Source: Rubripirellula sp. (GTDB lineage: Bacteria > Planctomycetota > Planctomycetia > Pirellulales > Pirellulaceae). Taken from it: a stretch of 64,000 bases of DNA. The notes beneath the pieces are model-generated. The model worked only from the letters and a program-made list of their open reading frames with translations, was not told the origin of the DNA and made no database searches. Below, piece after piece: positions 19,401 to 28,764 of this stretch; the stretch's first letter is position 1; each line of letters starts with the position of its first letter. Where the stretch lies: assembly GCA_965216875.1 (NCBI GenBank), contig OZ244207.1, forward strand, positions 8,192,001 to 8,256,000. The letters run 5' to 3'. A program made the position numbers and the translations under genes.

Positions 19401-21578
19401 ATCAGAGGTAAAGAAAGGCAATCCGCCAAAGTCGCCAGTCGAACTTGTGATGACGTTGGCGTCCGTATCAAAGGTGTAGCTATTACCGTCTTGGGCAAAG
19501 ACCAGATAGCCGTTGCTGCCGAAGGATAAGCCAGACAAATCAAAGATATTTGAGATCTTTCCGGGACCAAATCCACTAGAGAGATCACCCTCGATGTTAA
19601 GCAAGTAAGTTCCAGGGGCGATCACACTGCTGGCGTCCCCGCGAAGTTCAACATATTCACTCGGCGTGTCGGTGCCGGCGGTGTCAAACAGGATTTCGTT
19701 GATCAAGACCAGGGATGAAAAAACGAAATCGGTCCCCGGTGTCGCACCGCCAACGTTCCACGTCGCTGAGAGGTTTTCGGAGGTCTCGTCCGATCCGCCG
19801 ACGCCATTGCCACCCGTGGTGGTCTGAGCGCCCTCGGTGAAATCGATGCGCTGGTAGGAGGATCCACCGTCATGGGTGACGGCTGAAATGATCTCTTGGC
19901 TTGCGATCGGAGTGTCAGCGGCGTAGGCGGTCGTCGCCGAGTCAGCGTCGGGGCCATCGATGGCAACACCGGTTTTATCGACCGCTTCATTTGTGTCGCC
20001 CCAGAGTGCGTAGTCGACATCGGTCACGGTGTCTGCGATGCCGTTCCAGTGGTAGAGCGCGACCATCTCGCCGCCGTTGCTTAAGCCGCCTTGGTTGTTG
20101 ATTGAGCCAGGCAACGCTTCACGCATGACGGATTCAGAGCCATTGATGCCGTCGTCAAACAACTCGTAGGTCGGCGAGACGCTGTAGATCGTTTCAAACG
20201 CGTCCGAGCCCCCTAGCGCAATCGTTTGGTATTGGCCCGGCGCGATCGACGCTCCGATGGGGAACCGTGCATGGAAGTCACCAGCGAGACCGCCGCCTGC
20301 ATTCGATCCTGTAACGATGTGCTGATAGAACGTGCTCGAGGAGGCAAACGTTGCATCTGTGATGTAGTAGTCATCGAGGCTGATCGAGCTCGATCCAGGG
20401 TTGTAGATTTCGATGAACTCACCATCGCCCGGCGTGACGGCGATTTCGGTGAGCAGCAGTTTTTCAGGTGTGCTGACCGACGCAAGGATTTCCGCAGAGA
20501 GATCAAACGTGTAAGGGTTTTCGTTGGCGTCGTCGTTGGCGATTGAAATGGTTGCCGTCTGCAATCCGGCAGTGGTTGGGTCAACGGTAACACCGAACGT
20601 GGTGAACGTTGATGGGCTTATCGAATTACCGAAAGGCTGCGCTGTGATCGAAAAGTCGCTTGATCCGCTAATCGTGACAATTGGAGTGCCTGTCAGATTA
20701 AGCAGGTTGACGCCGTTGTTTTCAATCTCGAAGGTGAACGACTTGTTTGCGTCGCCGGCGAGGAACGTTCCAAAGTTCGTCCCGTCAGCAAGGCTGGGCG
20801 TGGTGTCGCCAGAAAGGATGTCGACACTGTTGCCGGTGATGTTGATCTCGGGGCCCGTTGGTGTGCCCGCGGTAAAGGCCGTTGCATTGAACGGCAAGAC
20901 GGCTTCCCCGTCCGTTGCCTCTGTTGTCCAGTTGGCCAGCGTTGCGATCTCGGCGAGGTAGTCCGCAAACGCCGCTGCACTACCACGCGAACCAGAGTAT
21001 TGACCGCCGTCATCGTTCGCGCCGTTGGTGATCGTGATCGCAGTTGAACCTGCGACAAGCCCGGATCCGGTCAAGTCGCCAAGGTTTCCAACTTCGTTCT
21101 CGAGTGCGTGAAGGAATGTTAGCGATGAACCGGTGTCTTGGTAGGCGATCAAACCATCGCCGCCAGCTGCAAGGTTCATGCTTCCGGATACCGAACTGAG
21201 CGATCCAGAACTTGCCGTTCGCGCAGAGGTGGATGTGTCGGTGAAGACAACAACGGTCCCCGCGGCAATCAATCCGGCACCGCTATCCCATTCGATGATC
21301 CCTTCGCTGTCGACCAGCCCACCGGCGCCATCGAGTTCGGTGTCGGTGAATCGAATCTGTTGGTCGACAATATCGGTCAACGCAACGATGGCAAAGTCAT
21401 CGCCGCCGTCAACGTTGTAGCCGATGAACGCGATGTCGCCCGTGGCCAAGTCGGTCGCAAGCAATCGGCGGCGCTCAAGCACTTCGACTTGGTGGCGTCG
21501 CCGAAGGCGGGCGGTGTTGTGTCGGCGGCGGGGGGAAACGGACTTCAAGACAGACCGTCGGATTCGATCCAAACGCAT
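16455..21578 (-). CDS. Large secreted protein: Planc_extracel leader, choice-of-anchor-D-like Ig domain, three lamin-tail-like domains, C-terminal dockerin-like repeat
   Basis: RRRHQVEVLERRRLLA; LTEI..EFIEIYN, INEI..EYVELRG, INEV..EYIELRG; YGDETGDRAVNLFDF / DSDGNGTVNLFDF; start moved to the ATG at 21578. Confidence 0.8.
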   Translation of the reverse strand: MRLDRIRRSVLKSVSPRRRHNTARLRRRHQVEVLERRRLLATDLATGDIAFIGYNVDGGDDFAIVALTDIVDQQIRFTDTELDGAGGLVDSEGIIEWDSGAGLIAAGTVVVFTDTSTSARTASSGSLSSVSGSMNLAAGGDGLIAYQDTGSSLTFLHALENEVGNLGDLTGSGLVAGSTAITITNGANDDGGQYSGSRGSAAAFADYLAEIATLANWTTEATDGEAVLPFNATAFTAGTPTGPEINITGNSVDILSGDTTPSLADGTNFGTFLAGDANKSFTFEIENNGVNLLNLTGTPIVTISGSSDFSITAQPFGNSISPSTFTTFGVTVDPTTAGLQTATISIANDDANENPYTFDLSAEILASVSTPEKLLLTEIAVTPGDGEFIEIYNPGSSSISLDDYYITDATFASSSTFYQHIVTGSNAGGGLAGDFHARFPIGASIAPGQYQTIALGGSDAFETIYSVSPTYELFDDGINGSESVMREALPGSINNQGGLSNGGEMVALYHWNGIADTVTDVDYALWGDTNEAVDKTGVAIDGPDADSATTAYAADTPIASQEIISAVTHDGGSSYQRIDFTEGAQTTTGGNGVGGSDETSENLSATWNVGGATPGTDFVFSSLVLINEILFDTAGTDTPSEYVELRGDASSVIAPGTYLLNIEGDLSSGFGPGKISNIFDLSGLSFGSNGYLVFAQDGNSYTFDTDANVITSSTGDFGGLPFFTSDVAANQIENATNTFLLVHSDTAPDINDDIDANNDGTADGALATSWTLLDSVAVRDTDGSDLVYSSIVFDYFDSVTPPLGYVARNATSIGMTQGDWVGAEIAGTAPNFSLAVGATTPATKEGQLLNHIGAANPGVLDPGVTITLPTGTLATEEGGATATFQVSLTTEPTSDVTVTLTISDGQTTVDQPTLTFTPSGGATPWNVLQTVTVTAVDDMDSEGPHTGLINFTTSSTDASYNALTVPAATVSIADNDVTAQPLFINEVLFNPPGIDQPNEYIELRGPANAVVAAGTYFVNIEGDSTAPGDVNEFIDLSGMTFGSNGFLVLTNVANTFAIDPAASEVNAGDGDQENTSATFFLVQTGVAPSNDDDIDSDDNGVPDGTVFDGWTILDSVSVLDDDDATEYAYSNIVFAEDTTNQTILSPAGAVIVDTGVNAANWVGRLGNSTGSTAADWGAGGIEGVAPNFSLLLGQTVPQSLGGAALDHIGSENPVAAAAELLVTETGADTRVVEGGAGDTIDVQLIGSPGQDVTVTLTPNNTEIDLGSGAGVAIDLTFTPATANTAQTVTVLANDDAVEDGTLQSLISFTVASTDVNFQGLTAPDVVVFVEDNDGAPATQILFQSFESAPSDTWAFTADPASYEVGGDVWAVKDTLGGTLTLPSEGANFWGMQDLDNPNGGGAFDHTLTFADGDVSAFNDVELKFDYFTDGFDTSDELRYTVLTSSDGVNFSALAGHDNVILNKNTDAWTTVTAAIPDTDIGVRLVLDGIQNGGSDFAGWDNIRLQGQPVVAGPTVESVQINDGSATRSQITSVLVTFSEEVEHAGLANAFTLTNNDTAEVVTSVVVGIPVNADGKTSVELTFSSGTSVVDRPGPGLLANSLADGDYRLDVAAAQVVASSGGATMAADYVFGQTASGQPNNDDFFRLYGDETGDRAVNLFDFAAFRSTFNRSTGNAEFLPALDSDGNGTVNLFDFAAFRSAFGNNLPE

Positions 21579-21799
21579 GCGAAATCTTTCCGAAAACTCG
21601 TGGTGAAAAACATGTGCCGGTAGCGCCCCAGGGTCCAGACGTTTTAACCATAGAAGCTGGGCGGCCAATCGTAAATCATGCGGTTAACACAATCTTCAAC
21701 GCAACCGGTGACGCGTTCACTTACGGACGCTTCCTGTGTGATCCGATCGACCTCGGTTGGGCGTGCGACAGTTCGACACGGTGGTCGCCTGTAGTGGTG

Positions 21800-23224
21800 T
21801 CAATCTCGCTCGAATTGCCAGCCGATGGGCAAGTCATCGACCATCGCCTCCAAGCTGGCATGACAATGATCCAACGAGTCGCCGATTGCAAGGAATTGTC
21901 CCTTTTGAACCAGGTCCCCCGCACCAAAATTGAAATTCAGTGGCAGGACACCTGAGGTGACCCCCGATCGATACAGGTGTGACGCCTGATTCATTTTGCC
22001 GATCAGTGCTTTTCCAGAGATCGGATCGTGTATCCGAATGTTTCGAAGGAGCCAAGCTCCGGATGGGTGAAAGTGGTTGGCAAGAATGGATGGATAAGTT
22101 GCGCCAGTCACTCGCGCGTTGATTTCGCAGACATAGACTTCGACGCGGTTATCATCCTTTTGCACGACCAAGAAATCGGTGCTCGCAGTTCCCCGATAGC
22201 CAACCGAATGGAGCCAACGACCCGCTTGGCTTGCTTGGCACAATAGTTCGTCGCGCACACTCGGCATCGAGTCCAAGTAACGCGGCGGTGATTCGTTGCC
22301 TTCGTGAATGCTCTGGCTGGAAAGGATTTGTTCGGTAAGATCGAACAGGTAGACCGACGATTCGTCGAGGAACATCTGAACGCTTGGGCTCAAGATGTTC
22401 GTGATGTTTTGGATTCCAGGCTCAAGCCAGCCTTGAACCATTGCGGCACCTTCATAGAAGTAGTGTTCGGGGATTTCAGGCAACGCGTTTTCGTCATCGA
22501 TGGAAGACAACTTCATGATGCCGATACCGGAAGCTCCAATTTGCGACTTGAGCACCGCCGATCGGTAACCTTTTCCAGACAGCTCCTTCACCGCCGTGGG
22601 GACGTCCTTTGCGGCATCGGCCATCACCGTTGTGAAATGAGGAAGGCCCGCTTCGCACAAGAATTGGTGTAGAAGGTATTTGTTGTTTCCGCGGTGGCTT
22701 CCCTCCGGCGTGGTGACGGTTTGCTTGCCCAAATGTTGAGCGATCTTGTGCAACGTTTCGTCCGTGACGTAACCGTCCATTCGCGACGGTGTGCAACCGG
22801 CGACCTGTCCCAGGAAGTGGTTGGCTTGGTCAGCGTCACCTGCGCTGGCCGCGCGACCAGCGTTGACGTAGTTGGCATGAGTCAGGATCTCGATTTCTGG
22901 AAGATCGAGACCGAGGTCGTTGGCAAAGTACTCGCAGAGCGTCTCGTCTGGGCGGCGCTCAAGAATCAACAGGTTGTTTCCACCCCGAAACAGAATGTTG
23001 AGAATGGGAATGAGCCGCCCACCGTAGGAATCGATTTCGCCGACTTGCTTGGAAAGGCAATCGGTTTCATTTTCGTTTCCGAAGAAAAGGGCGAGCAGGT
23101 TGGCGACAAAGGCCACACTGTCATCCCAGAACGGCGGCAGCTCGCCGTCACAAATCCGTACGTCAATCTCACTGGGCATTGGTCGCGTCGTTGACTGCGT
23201 CGCAGGCACCAAGCGGGACATCAT
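21800..23224 (-). CDS. PreATP-grasp/ATP-grasp protein (PGM1-like peptide ligase family)
   Basis: NNKYLL, VLKSQIGASGIG, MVQGWL, HEGN, STDFLV, CEINARVTGATYP. Confidence 0.7.
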   Translation of the reverse strand: MMSRLVPATQSTTRPMPSEIDVRICDGELPPFWDDSVAFVANLLALFFGNENETDCLSKQVGEIDSYGGRLIPILNILFRGGNNLLILERRPDETLCEYFANDLGLDLPEIEILTHANYVNAGRAASAGDADQANHFLGQVAGCTPSRMDGYVTDETLHKIAQHLGKQTVTTPEGSHRGNNKYLLHQFLCEAGLPHFTTVMADAAKDVPTAVKELSGKGYRSAVLKSQIGASGIGIMKLSSIDDENALPEIPEHYFYEGAAMVQGWLEPGIQNITNILSPSVQMFLDESSVYLFDLTEQILSSQSIHEGNESPPRYLDSMPSVRDELLCQASQAGRWLHSVGYRGTASTDFLVVQKDDNRVEVYVCEINARVTGATYPSILANHFHPSGAWLLRNIRIHDPISGKALIGKMNQASHLYRSGVTSGVLPLNFNFGAGDLVQKGQFLAIGDSLDHCHASLEAMVDDLPIGWQFERD

Positions 23225-23281
23225 GATGCTTGGTTAGTGGACATAGTTTATCACAACGCCAACGGGGGTGATCGGCTGTAG

Positions 23282-24346
23282 CTACTGATTCAGTTGCTCC
23301 TCGATTTCTTCATTGGCTGCCGCCGTTCCCAATGCGCCCCAAAGTCCGTAGGGGCTTTCGGCCGAAGTCAGATTTGGATCGGTTGCGTCATAGGGTTGGT
23401 GCGATGAATCACCGCAATCGATGGAGTCGGAGACGAAGATGACCGCTCCACTGGTCATCAAGATGTGACAACCACCGGCATGAAAACTACCCGCGCTGTA
23501 GATTCCATCGACCGCCTCCAGGCCACCGACGGCACAGCTCGGAGAATTGGGTGGCAAGATCGTATTGACCAAGGAGTGGCCCGCTGCGCCATCGGCCCAA
23601 CGGCCGCCGCGTCCAAGAACGCTCAGAGGCACCGAGTCGCTGTAGAAACTCGGGCGCTGCGGATCGACAACGTCTCGGCAGTGAATGGGTGAATCGAGTA
23701 TCGCCTCGGCTTGAGTCACCGCAAACTGTCCCTTGATCGAATGGTCGACCTTGTTACCAATCTCGGTCATCGCGATCGTGTTGGCGAGTCCGTCGATGAT
23801 GTCGCGAAAGCGGGTGATTTTGGCACCGGCCAAGGCACCGCGAATTTCTTTGGGGTGATGCAGATCACGTGTAACGTCACCAATCGAAAAGGCATAACTT
23901 GTCAGTCCGAAGTCTTTGGGGTTCGCCGGCGAACTTGGGCAAATCAATGTCGGGATCTGGGTCCTCCAGGGATCGAATCTGCTTTCTGCGATTGGTACCT
24001 GCAACGGACCATATCCAATACCGCCAACGTAGTTTGGCGAGTTGACCTCCGACCAAAGCGAGGTTGCCTCCATGTAGGGAACCAGCCACACCAATCCTGA
24101 GAGTCGATCTGCGATTTGCGGCGTCGTCTGAATCGACGCCATCGCGGGCGGCATCGCTTTGTAGGTGGAATGATAGTTGTGAATTGCCAAGCCAATTTGC
24201 TTGAAGTTGTTCGAGCAAGACATACGTCTGGCTGCTTCGCGCGCACCGCGGGTCGCAGGCAAGAGCAAACCTAGAAGCACTGCGATGATCGCGGTCACGA
24301 CCAACAGTTCCAGGATCGTTAGTCCGGCGAATCTGTGACGTTTCAT
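23282..24346 (-). CDS. DUF1559 type IV pilin-like protein
   Basis: [10 protein letters not shown] prepilin site, [34 protein letters not shown]9-SG; start moved to the ATG at 24346 (ATGA overlap). Confidence 0.92.
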   Translation of the reverse strand: MKRHRFAGLTILELLVVTAIIAVLLGLLLPATRGAREAARRMSCSNNFKQIGLAIHNYHSTYKAMPPAMASIQTTPQIADRLSGLVWLVPYMEATSLWSEVNSPNYVGGIGYGPLQVPIAESRFDPWRTQIPTLICPSSPANPKDFGLTSYAFSIGDVTRDLHHPKEIRGALAGAKITRFRDIIDGLANTIAMTEIGNKVDHSIKGQFAVTQAEAILDSPIHCRDVVDPQRPSFYSDSVPLSVLGRGGRWADGAAGHSLVNTILPPNSPSCAVGGLEAVDGIYSAGSFHAGGCHILMTSGAVIFVSDSIDCGDSSHQPYDATDPNLTSAESPYGLWGALGTAAANEEIEEQLNQ

Positions 24347-25050
24347 TCTCCGACTCCCTCGAGAGGAATACCCTTGGCCGATCGAATTTGCCCAGGTGCC
24401 AAACCCGACAATCGCAGCTCGTAGCACAGGATTGGAATCAGCCAGCAACCCCATACGGTTGCTTGATAGGTGATGTCGTTGTCAATTCCAGCCACGATCG
24501 TGGCCCCCGAGACGATTCGCAGTAGCAGTGGGGCCGACAACAAAATGTACGTTCGAGTTGCCCAGCGCCGGTGCTTTGCGAAACGTCGCCTCATCGCCGT
24601 GCGAACGGTTGCGACCGCGGCAAGGCCTGTGGCGATCGAATGCAACGCGAACCCGGTCGCAGCAACACCGCCGGTGTAAGCCTGTGTGGCCATCACCAAA
24701 CCACTCGGCACGATCAACGCCACGAGCAGGATTTGCGAGCGGCCAGCGAGGCGATGCAGTGTGCCGAACCGGGGACGACCGCCAGTCAGCATCAACGCCG
24801 CGCCAAGCAAAATGGTCAGTGGACCGACCGCAATATGAACGTAAAACGCTGCTCGGTAGAGACCAAAGAACGTTGGCTCACGCCCAATCAGAAACGAGGA
24901 GGTGAAGTCAGCGGGAAAGTAAAAGCGATACTCGAAGACGATTTCCCAAAGGACTTCGATCATCAACAGGCCGCAGACCAGTGCAAACAGCATTCGCAAT
25001 CGGTCGACCCGGTCGACTTGCGCAGCTTGAACGATCCGCTCTCGTAGCAT
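24343..25050 (-). CDS. DUF2306-like membrane protein
   Basis: Multiple TM helices; FYVHI, LHRLAGR, HRRWATR. Confidence 0.7.
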   Translation of the reverse strand: MLRERIVQAAQVDRVDRLRMLFALVCGLLMIEVLWEIVFEYRFYFPADFTSSFLIGREPTFFGLYRAAFYVHIAVGPLTILLGAALMLTGGRPRFGTLHRLAGRSQILLVALIVPSGLVMATQAYTGGVAATGFALHSIATGLAAVATVRTAMRRRFAKHRRWATRTYILLSAPLLLRIVSGATIVAGIDNDITYQATVWGCWLIPILCYELRLSGLAPGQIRSAKGIPLEGVGE

Positions 25051-25155
25051 TTCGGGATTCTCCCCGTCGGTCGAATGGGTGCGATACCTCCATCGAGTCC
25101 ATCGTTATCTACGAGCGATTCCAAAAAGAGTTCACGGTTTGTGAGCCGGCTGTTC

Positions 25156-25299
25156 GTAGTACCGAGCCTTAGCCGGAATCTTCTCACAGGCCGCAGAACG
25201 ACTGGACTACAAAGGGCGTTAGCGCGTGATTCTGATTGTCGCCTTTTGCTCCGCAAAAGTTGCGTTGGTGGACGCTGCTTTCGCGGAGGGAAAGGCGAC
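25156..25299. repeat. REP-like cluster: GTAGTACC-type copy plus GTCGCCTTT..AAAGGCGAC inverted pair
   Basis: 25156 copy has one mismatch to the consensus; 25238-25263 is the exact reverse complement of 48512-48537. Confidence 0.8.
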
Positions 25300-25358
25300 G
25301 ATCGAAGACACGGAAGCTCGGGGGCGGGACTCGTTGCCTCGTCCACTACGGGAGAACG

Positions 25359-26426
25359 CTAGAAGAGATCTGAATCGTCGTCGAGGTCGTGGCCGAAGCC
25401 GCCTTCGTCGAGATCATCATCCATGTCGTCGCTATCATCGATCTCGGAATCCTCGTCGACGTCCTCGCTGCCGCGATCGAGCAACTCGGCCGGCGGCGTG
25501 GTGCCATCTTGAGGCAACCAGCGAATGGTTGGGCGTGGCGGGTCGGTCAAAGAGTCGTAGCATTCCATGACCATCCAAGCGACATCGCCGGGACCGTCGG
25601 CCAGTTCGCCCTCTTGAAAATCCTCTTCGTTCCGAAGCAGGTAAAGCGACGACATGCGCAACAATCTTTCGACGTCGCGCGGTTGATATTTGTTGGTGTC
25701 GTAAATCGCTTCCATGTCGGGAAGGTCGAATTGACCGTTGCCAACCGTATCCATCAACACCCACGGTTCGTCTGCGGGAAAGATTCGCACATTGGTGTAC
25801 ATGTCTAACGGTGGCAGTTCGTGTCGCCAAGCGTAGTTGAGCCCCTCACGTAGTCCGGTTTCGTCTCGAAGGACTTCGCCACCTGGATTGAAGTAACAGA
25901 TCGCTTCGGGGGCTTCCAACACATCGCTTACGGCGCGGGTCAGAAACTTGAGCTCATCCATCGGATCATAGTCCTCTGGAATCAGCGGCACTTCGTCGTC
26001 GCTTTCGTCCTCTTCCGGTTCGTTGGCACCCAGGACGTAACTGACCAACAGACGAACATGCGCGGTATGCGTTTCCGATTCGCTGGCACCTTCTTCCCAG
26101 CCCCATGACTGTTCACCGGCACGTTGCAAACAACCTGGAAAGGCCAAGGGTCCAAACTGTCCAAGCGACCAGGCAACGAAACGTTCGGGCGCAAGTTCGG
26201 GATCGCCCATGTCGTCGGGCCATTGAGCCGATGAAGGTGTGACCAACAGGTGGCCGTTCACTTCGGGACGATATTCAAAGACGAGTGTTTGCCGAGCGTC
26301 ATCATCTTCGATCGATTCGTGCAAACCGACGTACGAAAAGGCCTTCAAGCGTTGCTTGATATCGGCTGTTGAAAGGGGACGCCGAAGCAGAACGCACATC
26401 CCTTGAGTGAACAATCCTTTTGCCAT
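25359..26426 (-). CDS. DUF4261-like protein with acidic tail
   Basis: HTAHV, MDTVGNGQFDLPDME motif. Confidence 0.55.
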   Translation of the reverse strand: MAKGLFTQGMCVLLRRPLSTADIKQRLKAFSYVGLHESIEDDDARQTLVFEYRPEVNGHLLVTPSSAQWPDDMGDPELAPERFVAWSLGQFGPLAFPGCLQRAGEQSWGWEEGASESETHTAHVRLLVSYVLGANEPEEDESDDEVPLIPEDYDPMDELKFLTRAVSDVLEAPEAICYFNPGGEVLRDETGLREGLNYAWRHELPPLDMYTNVRIFPADEPWVLMDTVGNGQFDLPDMEAIYDTNKYQPRDVERLLRMSSLYLLRNEEDFQEGELADGPGDVAWMVMECYDSLTDPPRPTIRWLPQDGTTPPAELLDRGSEDVDEDSEIDDSDDMDDDLDEGGFGHDLDDDSDLF

Positions 26427-26536
26427 GCCGCCAGTCTCATTGTCTCCAAAACGAAGCTCGCTGATCCCTCGTCAGGTGAGAAAACCTCAATGCCGCCGTG
26501 AAGTTGTACTTCAGATCCTTCGCCGCCACGAGAGCT

Positions 26537-27880
26537 CTATTTTGGATCTGCCTTTTCTTGTCCTGCCTTTTCAATGACGGTCAACGTCACTCGTTTTGTT
26601 TCCCCTTCAGCCACTCGAACCGTCTTGGTCGAGCCAACAATGGTGTCGCCGTAGATCGAGACCTTTACATCGACATCCGGCACGACCTCTTGAAACACAT
26701 GCAATCCCGGATGCCGACGGGGGACGGTGTGCGCGGGCTGTGGTGCGACGGTTGACCGATTCGAGGGAGAAAGGGAGGCCGGATGCTTGACGTCGACCCC
26801 AATCCTTTCGTTGGCGTATGGTTTTCCATCGGCATGAACCAGTTGGACTTCGATCCGCCCTGCTTTGCGAAGTGTGACTTTGATTCCCGAGATGTCCTTG
26901 TTCGCCTTGCCAAGGACAATCGCCTCGGCGGGCAACGGCTTTTCGTTAGCCGTCTCTTGGTAATAGGCAATCTCGTCCCAAGAATGCCGAAGTGCGATGT
27001 CACGTATGTATCGCCCTTTGGGAAACTTGAATTCATAGACGCCAGGTTTTCCCTTCACTTCCTTGGCGATGATCGCGTTGACGTAGTCACCGATGTCGCC
27101 GATGGACAGGCGTTGCCCCGTCAACGGCTTGCCTGATCCGTCGACCACATCAACGCGGATCTTGACCGTTTCGGGGGCGGTGATGGTCGCCGGTGGAAGT
27201 CCGCCACGATCGCTCAGGACGTATTCGACCGCATTGAAAGGAAAGGGCAACGATTCGAACGTCATTTTGCCATCGGTGGCGCTATGGAATGTCCGCACTG
27301 GACGAAGGAAGTATTTGCCTGGCGGGAGCGGACGAAACTCAAACGCACCTGTCTCGTCGGTTCGGGCCCAAGTCATCGGAGTCCGTGCCGCTCCATTTGC
27401 TTGAACCATGATGTCGGTCACCGGCGTGCCATCCCGTTCAACGACTCGCCCGCGAATGACGGGCGCCTCACGCAGTTGAATCACCGCTTGCTCGCCGCCC
27501 TTGCCGGTGACGGCGCGCGAGTTGTTTTCGTAGTCATCGGGCAGCCAAAAGATCCGTTGCGGAAACCACTTCTTGCTGACGATCTTGTACCGCCCTTGTT
27601 CGTCAGTTTTGGTGTAGTTGCCGTTCGTAAACCCTTCGCCCCAACCGTGTTTATCGGTGGCGGTCATGACGACAATCCCGACGGCGGGTGAACCGTCGGG
27701 CAAAACGACCTTGCCCGTCACGAGCGGAGCGTTGGGATCAACTTTGGGCTTGGCCGCGCCCGCGTTCGTTGTTTGAGCGTAGGCCGAATCGAGAACGCAC
27801 GACATGCCGAACAAAGAGGCGAACAATGCGACGCATGAAACAAAGCGTTTGGGAAGCTGCGAACCGCGGCCGGACATCAC
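26537..27880 (-). CDS. Secreted protein with carboxypeptidase-regulatory-like (transthyretin-like) repeats
   Basis: Signal peptide; repeated GxVV..DGxP..G, TDEQGRY / TDETGAFEF..LPPGKY. Confidence 0.7.
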   Translation of the reverse strand: MMSGRGSQLPKRFVSCVALFASLFGMSCVLDSAYAQTTNAGAAKPKVDPNAPLVTGKVVLPDGSPAVGIVVMTATDKHGWGEGFTNGNYTKTDEQGRYKIVSKKWFPQRIFWLPDDYENNSRAVTGKGGEQAVIQLREAPVIRGRVVERDGTPVTDIMVQANGAARTPMTWARTDETGAFEFRPLPPGKYFLRPVRTFHSATDGKMTFESLPFPFNAVEYVLSDRGGLPPATITAPETVKIRVDVVDGSGKPLTGQRLSIGDIGDYVNAIIAKEVKGKPGVYEFKFPKGRYIRDIALRHSWDEIAYYQETANEKPLPAEAIVLGKANKDISGIKVTLRKAGRIEVQLVHADGKPYANERIGVDVKHPASLSPSNRSTVAPQPAHTVPRRHPGLHVFQEVVPDVDVKVSIYGDTIVGSTKTVRVAEGETKRVTLTVIEKAGQEKADPK

Positions 27881-28647
27881 GGTGCCTTTTCTTCTGAAGA
27901 TTCTGTGTTGTCGGAATTCTTCGCGTCGGAATCGGGGGCTGCCTTGGCGGCTTCATCAAGTGCAGCGACAACGTGCACGTGGTTCTTTTCAACGGCGAAG
28001 TCGCGTGCGGAATCTCCATCCTTCGTATCACGCAACGTCAGGTCCGCGCCAGCCTCGAGCAACAGTTTGACCACTTCGAGCTGGCCTTCACCAGCAGCGA
28101 ACATGAGCGCGGTAAACCCATCGGCTGTGGTGTCGCGTTCATTGACGACGGCGCCCGAGTCCAACAATAGCTTGACGGTATCGGCAAACGGGCCGGTTGA
28201 TGCAAACATGATCGCGGTGCGCCCGCTCATGTCCTTTAGTTGGATGTCGGCGCCTGCCTTGAGCAAGCGTTTGACCACGGCGGTCTTGCCCTCGAAGGAT
28301 GCCAAGTGCAAGGCCGTCCGTCCGTCGAGGTCGGCATCATTGACGTCGGCACCGGAGGCGATCACCGACTCGACAATCTCAAGTTTGCCCTGCATGGCCG
28401 CGTTGCGGAAAGCGCCCATGCTGTACGTTCGGACCGGCTTTTCTGAGGCTTTCGTTTCGTCCTCTGCAGCGGTTTGCTTGTCCGCTTCCGTGTCGGAGGA
28501 CGAGTCATCGCCCGATTCGGTCGCGGATGGTTTGCTAGCCAGCGAGTCGTCGGAAGAGGAGCTGCATCCAGCGTGCGCCATGATGACGCACAGGCAAGTC
28601 AAAATAGGAAGGATGCGTAGTGGAGTTTTGCGATTCAGAGTGTTCAT
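27877..28647 (-). CDS. Ankyrin-repeat lipoprotein
   Basis: Lipobox-like HAGC; GRTALHLAS, GRTAIMFAS, GFTALMFAA repeats. Confidence 0.9.
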   Translation of the reverse strand: MNTLNRKTPLRILPILTCLCVIMAHAGCSSSSDDSLASKPSATESGDDSSSDTEADKQTAAEDETKASEKPVRTYSMGAFRNAAMQGKLEIVESVIASGADVNDADLDGRTALHLASFEGKTAVVKRLLKAGADIQLKDMSGRTAIMFASTGPFADTVKLLLDSGAVVNERDTTADGFTALMFAAGEGQLEVVKLLLEAGADLTLRDTKDGDSARDFAVEKNHVHVVAALDEAAKAAPDSDAKNSDNTESSEEKAP

Positions 28648-28764
28648 CCCGGTAGTTTACTTGATTCCAGGAGGGGTCGCGACGGAGCGACACTTGGCTG
28701 AGCCCCCGCTCCAGAGGTTGCTGGGCTTTTATGAGACGTCGCGACTTTGGTATTTGGTAGCCTC

